Below are positions 31,328 to 40,171 of a stretch of DNA of 64,000 nt, in pieces. A model generated the notes under the pieces. It was not told the DNA's origin, ran no database searches, and worked only from the letters and a program-made list of their open reading frames with translations. The stretch's first letter is position 1, and every line of letters starts with the position of its first letter. Origin of the DNA: Gaiellaceae bacterium (GTDB lineage Bacteria; Actinomycetota; Thermoleophilia; Gaiellales; Gaiellaceae); the NCBI GenBank assembly GCA_035620475.1, contig DASPGT010000037.1, positions 8,233-72,232 on the forward strand, in the 5' to 3' direction. Position numbers and translations under genes: made by a program.

Positions 31328-32287
31328 GTGGGACGGGCAGCGGGAATCCTGGGAGCCCTCGTCGTCATGCTCGTGGCGGCGCCGTCGGCCTGGGCGCAGG
31401 AGCCGACCGTCCCGTTCGGCGTGACCGTCGCCGGCGTGGACGTGGGCGCCATGACCGAGGCGCAGGCGACGGAGGCGCTCCGGGCGTTCTTCGCGCAGCC
31501 GCTCCGGCTTGCCTTCGGCGCGAGCACGCTCGCCGTTCCCCGCGACCGCCTCGGCGCCCGGGCGCGGATCGCGCGGGCTGTCGACGCGGCGCTCGTCGCC
31601 GCTCCGGGAACGGCGCTGACGCTCGGCGTCGCGATCACCGACTGGAAGCTCAGGCTGTGGCTCAAGCGCCGGGCGAAGACCTTCGATCGCGCCCCGGTCT
31701 CCTCCCGGGCCCGTCTCGTCGGCGCCGTGCCGCGGCTGACGAAGGCCGCCGCGGGACGGACCATCGTGCGCCGGCACGCGCGCATCCGCCTGCTCGGGGC
31801 GCTTCGCAACCACCGGCAGGACGCCGTCACGGTGCCGATCCGCACGCTGAAGCCGGCGGTGACCGCGAACCGGTTCGGGCCCGCGATCGTGATCCGGCGC
31901 GGCTCGAAGCGCCTGACGCTCTTCCGCAGCGCGGGCGCGGGCCCGATGAAGGTACAGCGGACGTTTCCGATCGCCACCGGCATGGCCGCCTACCCGACGC
32001 CGCTCGGCAGCTTCACCATCGCGCGCATGGCGCGGAACCCCTGGTGGTACCCGCCCAAGAGCGACTGGGCCAAGGGCGCGAAGCCGATTCCGCCGGGGCC
32101 GGGCAACCCGCTCGGCACGCGCTGGATGGGCCTGAGCGTCGGCGGAGTCGGCATCCACGGGACGCCGGACGCGGCCTCGATCGGCTACTCCGCCTCGCAC
32201 GGCTGCATCCGCATGCGCATCCCGGCCGCCGAGTGGCTCTTCGAGCGCGTCCGGCTCGGAACGCCGGTCTTCATCGTCGCGTCGTAG
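31328..32287 (+). CDS. L,D-transpeptidase (YkuD domain)
   Basis: Signal peptide ending AWA-QE; C-terminal YkuD motif GIHGTPDAASIGYSASHGCIRM. Confidence 0.85.
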   Translation: MGRAAGILGALVVMLVAAPSAWAQEPTVPFGVTVAGVDVGAMTEAQATEALRAFFAQPLRLAFGASTLAVPRDRLGARARIARAVDAALVAAPGTALTLGVAITDWKLRLWLKRRAKTFDRAPVSSRARLVGAVPRLTKAAAGRTIVRRHARIRLLGALRNHRQDAVTVPIRTLKPAVTANRFGPAIVIRRGSKRLTLFRSAGAGPMKVQRTFPIATGMAAYPTPLGSFTIARMARNPWWYPPKSDWAKGAKPIPPGPGNPLGTRWMGLSVGGVGIHGTPDAASIGYSASHGCIRMRIPAAEWLFERVRLGTPVFIVAS

Positions 32288-32314
32288 GCTCGCCGGTAGA
32301 CTCGGTGGCGTCTC

Positions 32315-32878
32315 ATGGCACGCCGCGTCAAGCTCATCCTGCAGGCGGCGGCCGTCCTCGTGGTCGTCCTCCTCGTCGCGCTCCTCGGCTGGAAGGTGAC
32401 CGACGTGGCGGAGGGCCGCGGCCTCGACGCCGCCCTCGAGCGGGGCGAGCGCCCCGTCGCCCCTCAGCTCGTCCTCGACTCGCTGGACGGAGAGGGCGAG
32501 ATCCGGCTCGCCGACTACCGCGGCAAGGCGGTCGTCCTCAACTTCTGGGCGTCGTGGTGCGAGCCGTGCAAAGACGAGGCGCCGCTCCTCGAGGACGTGT
32601 GGCAGCGCTACCGGGACGACGGCCTCGTCGTCCTCGGCGTCGACGCGCAGGACTTCCGCTCGGACGCGCAGCGCTTCGTCGACCGGTTCGGCCTCACGTA
32701 CCCGATGGCGTTCGACGGCCACGGCTCCAGCCTGGGGAAGTTCGGGAACACCGGCTTTCCGGAGACCTGGTTCGTCGGCCGCGACGGGCGCCTCGTGGGC
32801 GACCACTTCGTCGGGCCCTTCACGCGTGAGCAGCTCGAGGAGAACGTCCGCGCCGCGCTCGACACCCCGGCGCGATGA
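32315..32878 (+). CDS. TlpA/ResA/DsbE-type membrane-anchored thiol:disulfide oxidoreductase
   Basis: N-terminal TM anchor and thioredoxin motif VVLNFWASWCEPCKDEAP. Confidence 0.85.
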   Translation: MARRVKLILQAAAVLVVVLLVALLGWKVTDVAEGRGLDAALERGERPVAPQLVLDSLDGEGEIRLADYRGKAVVLNFWASWCEPCKDEAPLLEDVWQRYRDDGLVVLGVDAQDFRSDAQRFVDRFGLTYPMAFDGHGSSLGKFGNTGFPETWFVGRDGRLVGDHFVGPFTREQLEENVRAALDTPAR

Positions 32879-33339
32879 CCCGCCGGCTCGCGTTCGCGGC
32901 CGTCGCCGCGGCGCTTCTGGCCGCCGGGTGCGGGGGCGGCGGCGACGAGCAGCCGACGCTCGCGGAGCTGGAGAAGAAGTTCATCTGCCCGACGTGCCAG
33001 ACGACGCTCGAGCTCTCGAACGCGCCGGTCGCCGACCGCATGCGGGACTTCATCCGCGCGCGGCTCGCGGCGGGCGACTCGGAGGAGGAGATCGAGGAGG
33101 CGCTCGTCGCCCAGTTCGGCGAGGCCGTGCTCGCCTCGCCGCCGAAGGAGGGCTTCAACCTGCTGGCCTGGGTGCTCCCGCTCGCGGGCGGCGCGATCGC
33201 GATCGCCGCCGTGGCCGTGGCGCTGCGCCGCTGGAGCAGGTCCCGCCCGGGCGCCGCGGCGCCCGCCGCGGGCGGGCCGCCGCTCGACCCGGAGCTGGAG
33301 CGCCGGGTCGACGAGGAGCTCGCCCGCTTCGACGGCTGA
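32875..33339 (+). CDS. ccmH: Cytochrome c-type biogenesis protein CcmH/NrfF family
   Basis: FICPTCQTTLELSNAPVADRMRDFIRARL...GDSEEEIEEALVAQFGEAVLASPP, followed by a TM helix. This matches the CcmH CxxC signature region. Confidence 0.8.
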   Translation: MTRRLAFAAVAAALLAAGCGGGGDEQPTLAELEKKFICPTCQTTLELSNAPVADRMRDFIRARLAAGDSEEEIEEALVAQFGEAVLASPPKEGFNLLAWVLPLAGGAIAIAAVAVALRRWSRSRPGAAAPAAGGPPLDPELERRVDEELARFDG

Positions 33340-34040
33340 TGGAGGCGAAGATCCCGCTCGCGTTCGCGGCAGGGCTCGTCTCCTTCGCCACGCCCTGCGT
33401 CCTGCCGCTCGTGCCGGGCTACCTGGCGGTGGTCTCCGGCCAGCCCGTGGGCCAGGGGGGACGGCGCGTCCTCCTCGCCAGCCTCCCGTTCGTGGCCGGC
33501 TTCACCGGCGTCTTCGTGGTCCTGGGGGCGGCCGTGGCTGCCGCTGGCAGCCTCTTCGGCGAGAACCGGGAGCTCCTCCTGGCCGTGGCCGGCCTCGTGG
33601 TCGTCGTCCTCGGCTTCGCCATGATGGGCCTCCTCCCCTTTCCCTTCCTCGACCGGCTGGCCGCCCCGGGGCTGGTGGAGGAGGCGCGCGGCACCGGCTC
33701 GGCCGCGCTCCTCGGCGGGGCGTTCGGCCTCTGCGCCGCGCCCTGCATCGGCCCGGTGCTCGCCGGGATCCTCGCGCTCGCCGGCGAGGGCCAGACCGTC
33801 GCGCAGGGGACGCTCCTCCTGCTCGTCTACTCCGCCGGCCTCGCGCTCCCGTTCCTGCTCGTCGGCATCGGCTTCGACCGCGCTCTCGGCGCGTTCCGCT
33901 GGCTCCGCGACCACTATCCGGTCTTCCGGGTCGTCGCGGGCGCGATGCTCGTCGCGCTCGGACTCCTGCTCTTCTTCGACCGCTTCTGGTGGCTGAACGT
34001 CGCCGTGAACCGGGTCTTCGAGCTCTTCGGAATCGACTGA
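33339..34040 (+). CDS. ccdA: Cytochrome c biogenesis thiol-reductant transporter CcdA (DsbD-core family)
   Basis: FAAGLVSFATPCVLPLVPGYL and a second conserved Cys-Pro (LCAAPCIGPVL); 6 TM. The ATG overlaps the ccmH stop. Confidence 0.85.
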   Translation: MEAKIPLAFAAGLVSFATPCVLPLVPGYLAVVSGQPVGQGGRRVLLASLPFVAGFTGVFVVLGAAVAAAGSLFGENRELLLAVAGLVVVVLGFAMMGLLPFPFLDRLAAPGLVEEARGTGSAALLGGAFGLCAAPCIGPVLAGILALAGEGQTVAQGTLLLLVYSAGLALPFLLVGIGFDRALGAFRWLRDHYPVFRVVAGAMLVALGLLLFFDRFWWLNVAVNRVFELFGID

Positions 34041-34041
34041 C

Positions 34042-34470
34042 GTGACCATTCGCGAAGCGGAACCGGAGGACGCCCGAGAGCTGGCGGCGCTCCTGGCCGA
34101 GCTGGGGTACCCCGACGAGGACGAGACGGTGCGGGAGCGCGCGCGGGCGTTCGCCGCCGATCGGTCTTCCTTCCTGCTGGTGGCGGAGCGGGACGGCCGA
34201 CTCGTGGGGCTGGCCTCGGCCAGCGTGATGCCCCTTCTCCACGAGCGGGGGAGCTGGTGCCGGCTGTCGGCGCTGGTCGTCTCCCGGGACAGCCGCCGCC
34301 TGGGCATCGGGCGGCAGCTCGTCTCCGGGGTCGAGGCGCGGGCGCGCGGAGCCGGCTGCCGCTACCTCGAGGTCACGAGCGGCGGGCGCCCGGACCGTGA
34401 GGCGGCGCATGCGTTCTACGAGGCGCTCGGTCTGGAGCAGGTCTCCCGGCGCTATCTCAGAGAGCTCTGA
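34042..34470 (+). CDS. GNAT-family N-acetyltransferase
   Basis: MTIREAEPEDARELAALL...; acetyl-CoA motif RRLGIGRQLV...A...GC..LEV..G....AH.FY...G. Confidence 0.75.
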   Translation: MTIREAEPEDARELAALLAELGYPDEDETVRERARAFAADRSSFLLVAERDGRLVGLASASVMPLLHERGSWCRLSALVVSRDSRRLGIGRQLVSGVEARARGAGCRYLEVTSGGRPDREAAHAFYEALGLEQVSRRYLREL

Positions 34471-34819
34471 GCACGGGCGCGGGCAGGGCCGGAAAGCGGC
34501 CGCGCGCCGCTTCCACCGAGGCGAGGAGCGCGGCCACGTCGAGCCCGCGGTGCGCGGGGGCGTACGGCCCCAGGCGGCGCAACGCTTTCTCGAGCTGGCG
34601 CTCGCAGCCGACCTCGTTGCCCCGCCCCGCCTGGTACCACGCGACTGCCACGTGGACGAGCCCCTGGAAGAAGTCGCGCTCGGGCTCCTCCGCCGCGCGC
34701 CAGGCGTCCTCCAGCACCTCGTGGGCGTCGTAGTAGCGGCCGGCGCGGATCAGCTCGAGCCCGTGCTCGAGCTCAGACGGAGCGCCGGGGGCGCCAGGCG
34801 AGGACGGTTGCGGTCGCAC
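34457..34819 (-). CDS. DUF309-domain protein
   Basis: GRYYDAHEVLEDAWR...ERDFFQGLVHVAVAWYQAGRGN..G matches the DUF309 consensus as I recall it. Confidence 0.75.
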   Translation of the reverse strand: MRPQPSSPGAPGAPSELEHGLELIRAGRYYDAHEVLEDAWRAAEEPERDFFQGLVHVAVAWYQAGRGNEVGCERQLEKALRRLGPYAPAHRGLDVAALLASVEAARGRFPALPAPVLRAL

Positions 34820-34967
34820 CGAGAACGAGGAGGAGAGCCGCGGCGCTGCTCCACCAGTGGCTCGGCAGCTCGGCGATACCGCCCTGCAGCTCCGTCGTGG
34901 TCCACGCTGTCAACGCCAGGCCGGCGATCAGCGCGACGACTGCCGGGAAGCGCAGCAACGAGCGCAT
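34773..34967 (-). CDS. Hypothetical small membrane protein (2 TM)
   Basis: FPAVVALIAGLALTAW and SAAALLLVLGATATVLAW. Overlaps the DUF309 start by 47 nt if both starts are as listed. Confidence 0.4.
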   Translation of the reverse strand: MRSLLRFPAVVALIAGLALTAWTTTELQGGIAELPSHWWSSAAALLLVLGATATVLAWRPRRSV

Positions 34968-34992
34968 GGCCGAAGTGTACGCCCGCCCGGCC

Positions 34993-35304
34993 TCAGACAG
35001 CGACCTTCACCTCGCCGTCCTCGACGACGACCTCGTAGGTCGCCAGCTTGAGGGCGCGGTCGAACTCGTTCTCGCCCGTCCTGACGTCGTACTGCCAGCC
35101 GTGCCACGGGCATGTGACCACGCAGCCGTCGAGCCGCCCGCGGGCGAGCGGGCCGCCCATGTGCAGGCAGTGGTGCTGGGTCGCGTGGAAGCCGTCGTCG
35201 CAGTGGAAGACGGCGATCTCCTCCTCGCCGACCTCGACGACGCGGCTGCTCCCCGGCGGCAGGTCCTCGACGCGGGCCACGGTGTGGAGCTGGCCGACGG
35301 GCAC
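34993..35304 (-). CDS. Rieske [2Fe-2S] domain protein (NirD/ferredoxin-like)
   Basis: CLHMGGPL ...(17)... CPWHGWQYD, that is, the CxH...CxxH Rieske ligands. 103 aa. GTG start. Confidence 0.85.
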   Translation of the reverse strand: MPVGQLHTVARVEDLPPGSSRVVEVGEEEIAVFHCDDGFHATQHHCLHMGGPLARGRLDGCVVTCPWHGWQYDVRTGENEFDRALKLATYEVVVEDGEVKVAV

Positions 35305-35332
35305 GCGGCAACGCTAGCAAACCCCTTTCCCG

Positions 35333-35671
35333 ATGCGGGTTCGGGCTGGTACGCTGCCGCCCGTGGCGACGATCCTGCTCGTTGGGGTCGATCTCTTCTT
35401 TCGAGGGAAGCTCGACGTGCTCCTCGGCGAGAGCCATCGGCTGACGACGACCGAGAACGTCGACCCGCCCGATCTCGTCATCTGCGACCTCGCCCGGATC
35501 GACGCCGGCGAGGTGGCCGACACCTACCCGGACGTCCCCATCCTCGGGTTCACGAACCACACCGACACGGCGGGGCTCCGGGCCGGCCAGGCAGCCGGGC
35601 TGGACAGGGTCGTCGCGCGCTCCGCGCTGTCCGAGCGGGCCCCTCAGCTCGTCGACGAGCTCGTTACGTAG
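35333..35671 (+). CDS. Hypothetical protein, possibly a degenerate stand-alone receiver (CheY-like) domain
   Basis: The beta-alpha pattern ILLVGVD / DLVICDL / PILGFTNH / LDRVVARS resembles a receiver, but the acidic pocket and conserved Lys are not intact. An alternative GTG start lies at 35363. Confidence 0.35.
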   Translation: MRVRAGTLPPVATILLVGVDLFFRGKLDVLLGESHRLTTTENVDPPDLVICDLARIDAGEVADTYPDVPILGFTNHTDTAGLRAGQAAGLDRVVARSALSERAPQLVDELVT

Positions 35672-35680
35672 ACTGGCCGC

Positions 35681-35992
35681 GTGACGTACATCATCGCCGA
35701 GCCCTGCATCGACATCCAGGACAAATCCTGCGTCGACGTGTGCCCCGTCGACTGCATCCACGAGGCCGACCGGATGCTCGTGATCGACCCCGAGGAGTGC
35801 ATCGACTGCGGCGCCTGCGAGCCGGAATGCCCGGTCGAGGCGATCTTCCCCGAGGACGCGCTGCCGGAGAAGTGGGAGCCGTTCGTGAAGATCAACTACG
35901 CGTACGGGGACGGGATGGGCGTCGTCAACGAGCTCGCCGAGACGTACGCCACCGAGCACGACGTGCAGAACCCCCCGCTCGACGAGCGCTAG
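35681..35992 (+). CDS. fdxA: Ferredoxin (7Fe, FdxA type)
   Basis: MTYIIAEPCIDIQDKSCVDVCPVDCIHE...CIDCGACEPECPVEAI, the classical [3Fe-4S][4Fe-4S] actinobacterial ferredoxin pattern. Confidence 0.9.
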   Translation: MTYIIAEPCIDIQDKSCVDVCPVDCIHEADRMLVIDPEECIDCGACEPECPVEAIFPEDALPEKWEPFVKINYAYGDGMGVVNELAETYATEHDVQNPPLDER

Positions 35993-36013
35993 ACATCGAG
36001 GGAGGAAGAGCCG

Positions 36014-37105
36014 ATGGCCACACAGGCCGACGAAGCGCAGCGCGACGCCTTCGCCGAGCGTCTCTTCGGAGCCGCGCTCGGCGCCTACGAGCTCATGACC
36101 GTCCACCTGGGCGACCGGCTCGGGTACTACCGCGCGCTCGGCGAGAGCGACGGGCTCACCTCGGCGGAGCTCGCCGAGGCGAGCGGCACCGAGGAGCGCT
36201 ACGCGCGGGAGTGGCTGGAGCAGCAGGCCGTCGCCGGGATCCTCGAGGTCGACGACGTCGCCGCGGCGCCCGGGGAGCGCCGCTACTCGCTCCCGGCCGG
36301 GCATGCCGAGGTGCTCGTCGAGAAGGACTCCCTCGCCCACGTGACCCCGATGGCGCGCTTCGGCATGTCGTTCGCGCAGACCCTGCCCGCGATCGAGGAG
36401 GCGTTCAAGAGCGGCGGCGGCGTCCCCTGGGAGGAGTTCGGCGAGCTCGGCCGCCACGCGCAGGGCGACGCGAACCGGCCGCTCTTCGCCAACCTGCTCG
36501 GCTCCGAGTGGCTCCCGGCGATCGCGGACGTCCACGCGCGCCTCGTCGCCGATCCGCCCGCCCGCGTCGCGGACATCGCCTGCGGCGCCGGCTGGTCGAG
36601 CATCGCCATCGCGCGGGCCTATCCGAACGTCATGGTGGACGGCTACGACCTGGACGAGGCCTCCGTCGAGCTCGCGCGCGAGAACGTCGCCGGCACCGAG
36701 GTGGCCGACCGCGTCACCATCCACCTCCGCGACGCGGGCGACCCCGAGCTGGCGGGCTCTTACCACCTCGTCACCGTCTTCGAGGCCATCCATGACATGT
36801 CCCGTCCAGTCGAGGTCCTGCGCGCGCGGCGCGGCCTCGCGACCGAGGACGGCGCGGTCGTCGTCATGGACGAGCGCGTCGCCGACACGTTCACCGCCCC
36901 AGGGGACGAGGTCGAGCGCCTCATGTACACGTACAGCGTCCTCTGCTGCCTGCCGGTCGGCCTGGCGGACACGCCCTCGGCCGGAACGGGCACGGTGATG
37001 CGGACGGACACGCTGCGCGGCTACGCCGCCGAGGCGGGCTTCGCGGAGGTCGAGGTGCTCCCGATCGAGCACGAGGTCTTCCGCTTCTACCGCCTGCACG
37101 GCTGA
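36014..37105 (+). CDS. Class I SAM-dependent methyltransferase with N-terminal helical/dimerisation region
   Basis: SAM motif I VADIACGAGWSSIAIA and post-I acidic residue GYDLD; 363 aa. Confidence 0.8.
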   Translation: MATQADEAQRDAFAERLFGAALGAYELMTVHLGDRLGYYRALGESDGLTSAELAEASGTEERYAREWLEQQAVAGILEVDDVAAAPGERRYSLPAGHAEVLVEKDSLAHVTPMARFGMSFAQTLPAIEEAFKSGGGVPWEEFGELGRHAQGDANRPLFANLLGSEWLPAIADVHARLVADPPARVADIACGAGWSSIAIARAYPNVMVDGYDLDEASVELARENVAGTEVADRVTIHLRDAGDPELAGSYHLVTVFEAIHDMSRPVEVLRARRGLATEDGAVVVMDERVADTFTAPGDEVERLMYTYSVLCCLPVGLADTPSAGTGTVMRTDTLRGYAAEAGFAEVEVLPIEHEVFRFYRLHG

Positions 37106-37258
37106 GCCGGGCCCGCCGGGGCGCGCGCCGTCCCCCGCGGCGGCCCGGCCTTGTGTTCCACGCGCACGAGCCCGGACGCGCCCCTTTCGGCTGTGTCCCC
37201 GGGAGCGCGAGGCCGGCGGGGAGCGGGAGGGGAAGCTCGTGTCGGTGGAACACGAGCT
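37086..37258. terminator. Two GC-rich inverted repeats between convergent methyltransferase and MFS genes
   Basis: The first is GCCGGGCCCGCCG...CGCGGCGGCCCGGC, about 12 bp with one bulge; it starts about 20 nt before the methyltransferase stop and runs to about 37150. The second is a long-range repeat, GTGTTCCACGCGCACGAGC (37152-37170) paired with GCTCGTGTCGGTGGAACAC (about 37237-37255). Confidence 0.3.
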
Positions 37259-37269
37259 CGGGGTTCCGC

Positions 37270-38514
37270 TCAGGCCGGGGTCAGGCGCAGGTGGCGCGGG
37301 ATCGAGCGCTCGAGGGAGACGGCGCCGACGCCGGCGACGAGGCAGACGGCGGCCGCGAGCGGCCAGAGCGCCAGCGGCTCGGCCTGGAGGACGAAACCGC
37401 CGACCGCGGGGCCGATGACGAAGCCGATGTCCCACGAGATGGCGGACACTGCCATGTAGCGCCCGCGCAGGCGCGGGGGAGCGAGGTCGGCGACGAGCGC
37501 TCCCTGGACGGGCCCCTGGAAGCACTCGCCGAGGGCGAAGACGACGGCCGCGAGGCCGAAGGCGACGGCGGCGGCCGCGGCGGCGAGCCAGAGCCCGCCG
37601 AGGAAGACCACGACCCAGGCCGTCGCCCAGAGGCCGCACATGAGGGCGAGCGCCCGCATGCGGCGGCGGCCCTCGAGCGCCTTCGAGAGCGGGAGCTGCG
37701 CGAGCACGACGACGAGCGTGTTGACGAAGAAGATCAGCCCGATCCCGCGCTCGGTCACGCCCGCCTCGTTCTTCGCGAAGACGGGCAGGAGCTCGAGCTG
37801 TGCGTAGCCCGCGGCCACGAAGAGGACGTTCAGGGCGACGAGGCCGACGAGGGCCCGGTCGCGCAGCACCTCGGCGTAGCGGCTCCGGGCCGGCGGCTCG
37901 CCGGCGGGCGCCGCCAGCACCGGCTCCGGGACGAAGGCGAGCGCCCCCGCGAAGACGAGGAACGTCGCGGCGTCGAGCAGGAAGAGCACGGTGAAGCTCG
38001 TCGGGTTCGCCGTCGTGGCGATCAGCCCGCCGGCGACGCCGCCGAGCCCGATGCCGAGGTTCCGCGTGACCCGCTGGAGGGCGAACGCGCCGTGCCGCCG
38101 CTCCGGGGGCGTCAGGCCGGCGAGGAGCGCCGACTGGCTCGGCCAGAAGCCGGCGTTCCCGAGGCCGGCGACGGCGGCGGCGAGAAAGGCGTGCCACGGG
38201 TCGTGGACGAGCGGGAAGCTTCCGAAGCCGAGCGCGAGCAGGACGAGGGCGCCCGCAAGGGTCGCGCGGCCGCCGATCCGGTCGATGACGACGCCGACCC
38301 CGGGCCCCGCCAGCAGGCTGACCGCGCCCGTCGTCGCCAGCACGAGGCCCGCCGTCCCGAGCGAGAACTCGCGGACGTTGTGGAGGTAGATGACGAGGAA
38401 CGGGAAGGCGAGGCCGTTGCCGACCGCGTTCGCCAGCCCGCCCAGGCTGAGGATCCAGACGGGCCGGGGCAGCCTCGGGTCGAGGCTCGCAAGATACCGC
38501 CGGAACGCCCTCAA
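37270..38514 (-). CDS. MFS transporter
   Basis: 12-TM hydrophobic profile; MFS loop motif GVVIDRIGGR. The only in-frame start after the upstream gene is TTG 38514, overlapping the upstream stop (TTGA). Confidence 0.8.
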   Translation of the reverse strand: MRAFRRYLASLDPRLPRPVWILSLGGLANAVGNGLAFPFLVIYLHNVREFSLGTAGLVLATTGAVSLLAGPGVGVVIDRIGGRATLAGALVLLALGFGSFPLVHDPWHAFLAAAVAGLGNAGFWPSQSALLAGLTPPERRHGAFALQRVTRNLGIGLGGVAGGLIATTANPTSFTVLFLLDAATFLVFAGALAFVPEPVLAAPAGEPPARSRYAEVLRDRALVGLVALNVLFVAAGYAQLELLPVFAKNEAGVTERGIGLIFFVNTLVVVLAQLPLSKALEGRRRMRALALMCGLWATAWVVVFLGGLWLAAAAAAVAFGLAAVVFALGECFQGPVQGALVADLAPPRLRGRYMAVSAISWDIGFVIGPAVGGFVLQAEPLALWPLAAAVCLVAGVGAVSLERSIPRHLRLTPA

Positions 38515-39593
38515 CCCGCCCCGAGCGTCGCCCAGACCTCCAGCTTGGAGCGGATGCGGGAGACGACCTCGTCCGTGAACTCGGTCGTCGTGGCGTGGCC
38601 GGCGAGGTCGGCCGTTCGGATGCCCGCCGAGACCGTCTCGAGCGCCGCCTCGCGGATGGCCCGCCCGGCGGTGCGCGCCTCGTCGTCGTCGATGTGGGAG
38701 AGGAGCGCGGCGCCGGCGAGGATCATCGCCAGCGGGTTCGCCACGTCCTTGCCCTTGAGCGCGGGCGCCGTCCCGTGGGCGGCCTCGGCCATGAGCGCCC
38801 GCGGCGTGTAGTCCTCGTTGAAGGCGACGAGCAGAGACTCGGAGCCGGCGATCGAGCCGAAGAGCGGGAGGACGAGGTCGGAGAGGATGTCGCCGTCGCG
38901 GTTCAAGGCCGGGATCACGAGCGGGTCGCCGGCCGCGCCGATCAGGAGGGCGAAGGTGGCGTCGATCAGCTGGGGCTCGTACTCGACCTCGGGATGGCGT
39001 GCAGCGGCAGCGTCCATCTCCTCCTTCAGCATCCCCTCGTAGACGGGGGAGACCGTGTACTTCGGCCCGCCGAAGACCTTCGCCTTCGTGCGCTCGGCGT
39101 GCCGGAAGGAGAACTCGGCGACCGCCCGGCAGATGCGGCGCTCGATGCGCTCCGTGCGGTACGCGACCTCGTCCTCGCCCTCGCCCTCGCGCCACTCCTG
39201 TGCGCCGTAGGCGTCGCCGACCGCCATGCGCACCACGGAGATCGGGAAGTGCGCGCCGCCGATGGGGACGACGCCGGGGATGCGCCGCCCTGTCCGGACG
39301 ATCACGTGGCCGCCGATCTCCTCGCGCAGGATCCGGTTCGGGCTGCCGACATCGCCGGCGCCCTCGGGCGTGATCGTCGCGGCCTTGAGGCCGAGGCCGT
39401 GCTCGCGGACCGCCCGCGCCGCCTCGTGGACGACGGTGTTCTCGGTCGCCCTCCGCGACTCGAGCGAGAGGTCGTAGCGGGGTAGGTCCAGCTGGAGGCC
39501 GATGACGTCCGGGGAAAGGATCCGGAGGGCCTGCTCGAGCAGCTCCTGGCCGGTGTCGTCTCCCTCCAAAACTACGATCGTGCGCGTGTCCAT
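38511..39593 (-). CDS. Isocitrate/isopropylmalate dehydrogenase-family enzyme (likely NAD-dependent isocitrate dehydrogenase)
   Basis: IVVLEGDDTGQELLEQALRIL, GLKAATITPEG, NRDGDILSDL, and AHGTAPALKGKDVANPLAMILAGA. Start at MDTRT (ATG 39593). Confidence 0.85.
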   Translation of the reverse strand: MDTRTIVVLEGDDTGQELLEQALRILSPDVIGLQLDLPRYDLSLESRRATENTVVHEAARAVREHGLGLKAATITPEGAGDVGSPNRILREEIGGHVIVRTGRRIPGVVPIGGAHFPISVVRMAVGDAYGAQEWREGEGEDEVAYRTERIERRICRAVAEFSFRHAERTKAKVFGGPKYTVSPVYEGMLKEEMDAAAARHPEVEYEPQLIDATFALLIGAAGDPLVIPALNRDGDILSDLVLPLFGSIAGSESLLVAFNEDYTPRALMAEAAHGTAPALKGKDVANPLAMILAGAALLSHIDDDEARTAGRAIREAALETVSAGIRTADLAGHATTTEFTDEVVSRIRSKLEVWATLGAG

Positions 39594-39655
39594 GGCGCGA
39601 GCGAGTGTACCCCGCGCCGGAATCTGCATAGAATTGCCACAGGAGGCAGCGACAG

Positions 39656-40123
39656 ATGGCTAGCTCTTCGCCTGAGGATCAGCCTCGCTCTCTGCTCTCG
39701 CCGGACACGAAGCTGACGATCGCCGAAGCCAGCGAGCTGACGGGGCTCACCAAGCGTGCCCTGGCGCGGCGGATCGAGCGCGGGCAGCTTCCGGCCCGCA
39801 AGGAGGATGGCCTGCGCCGCATCGAGGCGGGGGCCCTCGCCGACGCAGGTCTCCTCAATCTCGCGACCGGGGAGCCCCCTCTCTGGGCCAAAACCCGCAT
39901 GGATCCTGGAGCAGTGGCCCGCGAGATCGTCGAGACGCTCGTCCGGCAGACGGTCGAGCTCCACGAGCTGCGCTCTCGGCTCGAGCGCTTCGTCGTCGAG
40001 TCTCGCCACGAGGACGAGGAGCTGCGCGGCGAGATCGAGCGCGCCCAGCGCGAGCGCGAGGAGCTGCGGACGGCGCTCCGCAAGGCCGACGAGCGCATCG
40101 CACAGCTCCGAACCAGGCGCTGA
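39656..40123 (+). CDS. HTH (MerR/excisionase-like) DNA-binding protein with C-terminal coiled coil
   Basis: LTIAEASELTGLTKRALARRIERGQLPARKEDGLRRIE helix-turn-helix. The C-terminus ELRSRLERF...ELRGEIERAQREREELRTALRKADERIAQL is heptad-like. Confidence 0.6.
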   Translation: MASSSPEDQPRSLLSPDTKLTIAEASELTGLTKRALARRIERGQLPARKEDGLRRIEAGALADAGLLNLATGEPPLWAKTRMDPGAVAREIVETLVRQTVELHELRSRLERFVVESRHEDEELRGEIERAQREREELRTALRKADERIAQLRTRR

Positions 40124-40138
40124 GCGGCTTGCGTCCCG

Positions 40139-40167
40139 CTACCACACTAACCTGCCTCGTGTGGTAG
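40139..40167. promoter_or_regulatory. Perfect 9-bp inverted repeat (CTACCACAC-N11-GTGTGGTAG) overlapping a TAGAGT -10-like box: candidate operator of the sugar ABC operon
   Basis: Read directly from the sequence, 39 nt upstream of ATG 40206. TAGAGT occupies 40164-40169. Confidence 0.4.
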
Positions 40168-40171
40168 AGTG

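Noticed and set aside
34928-38197. 1089-aa minus-strand ORF spanning the Rieske, ferredoxin, methyltransferase and MFS region.
   Set aside because: The translation is Arg/Pro/Gly/Ala low-complexity text with no motifs. The region is fully explained by five shorter genes with clear family signatures. Such long open off-frames are expected in very GC-rich DNA, where stop codons are rare.
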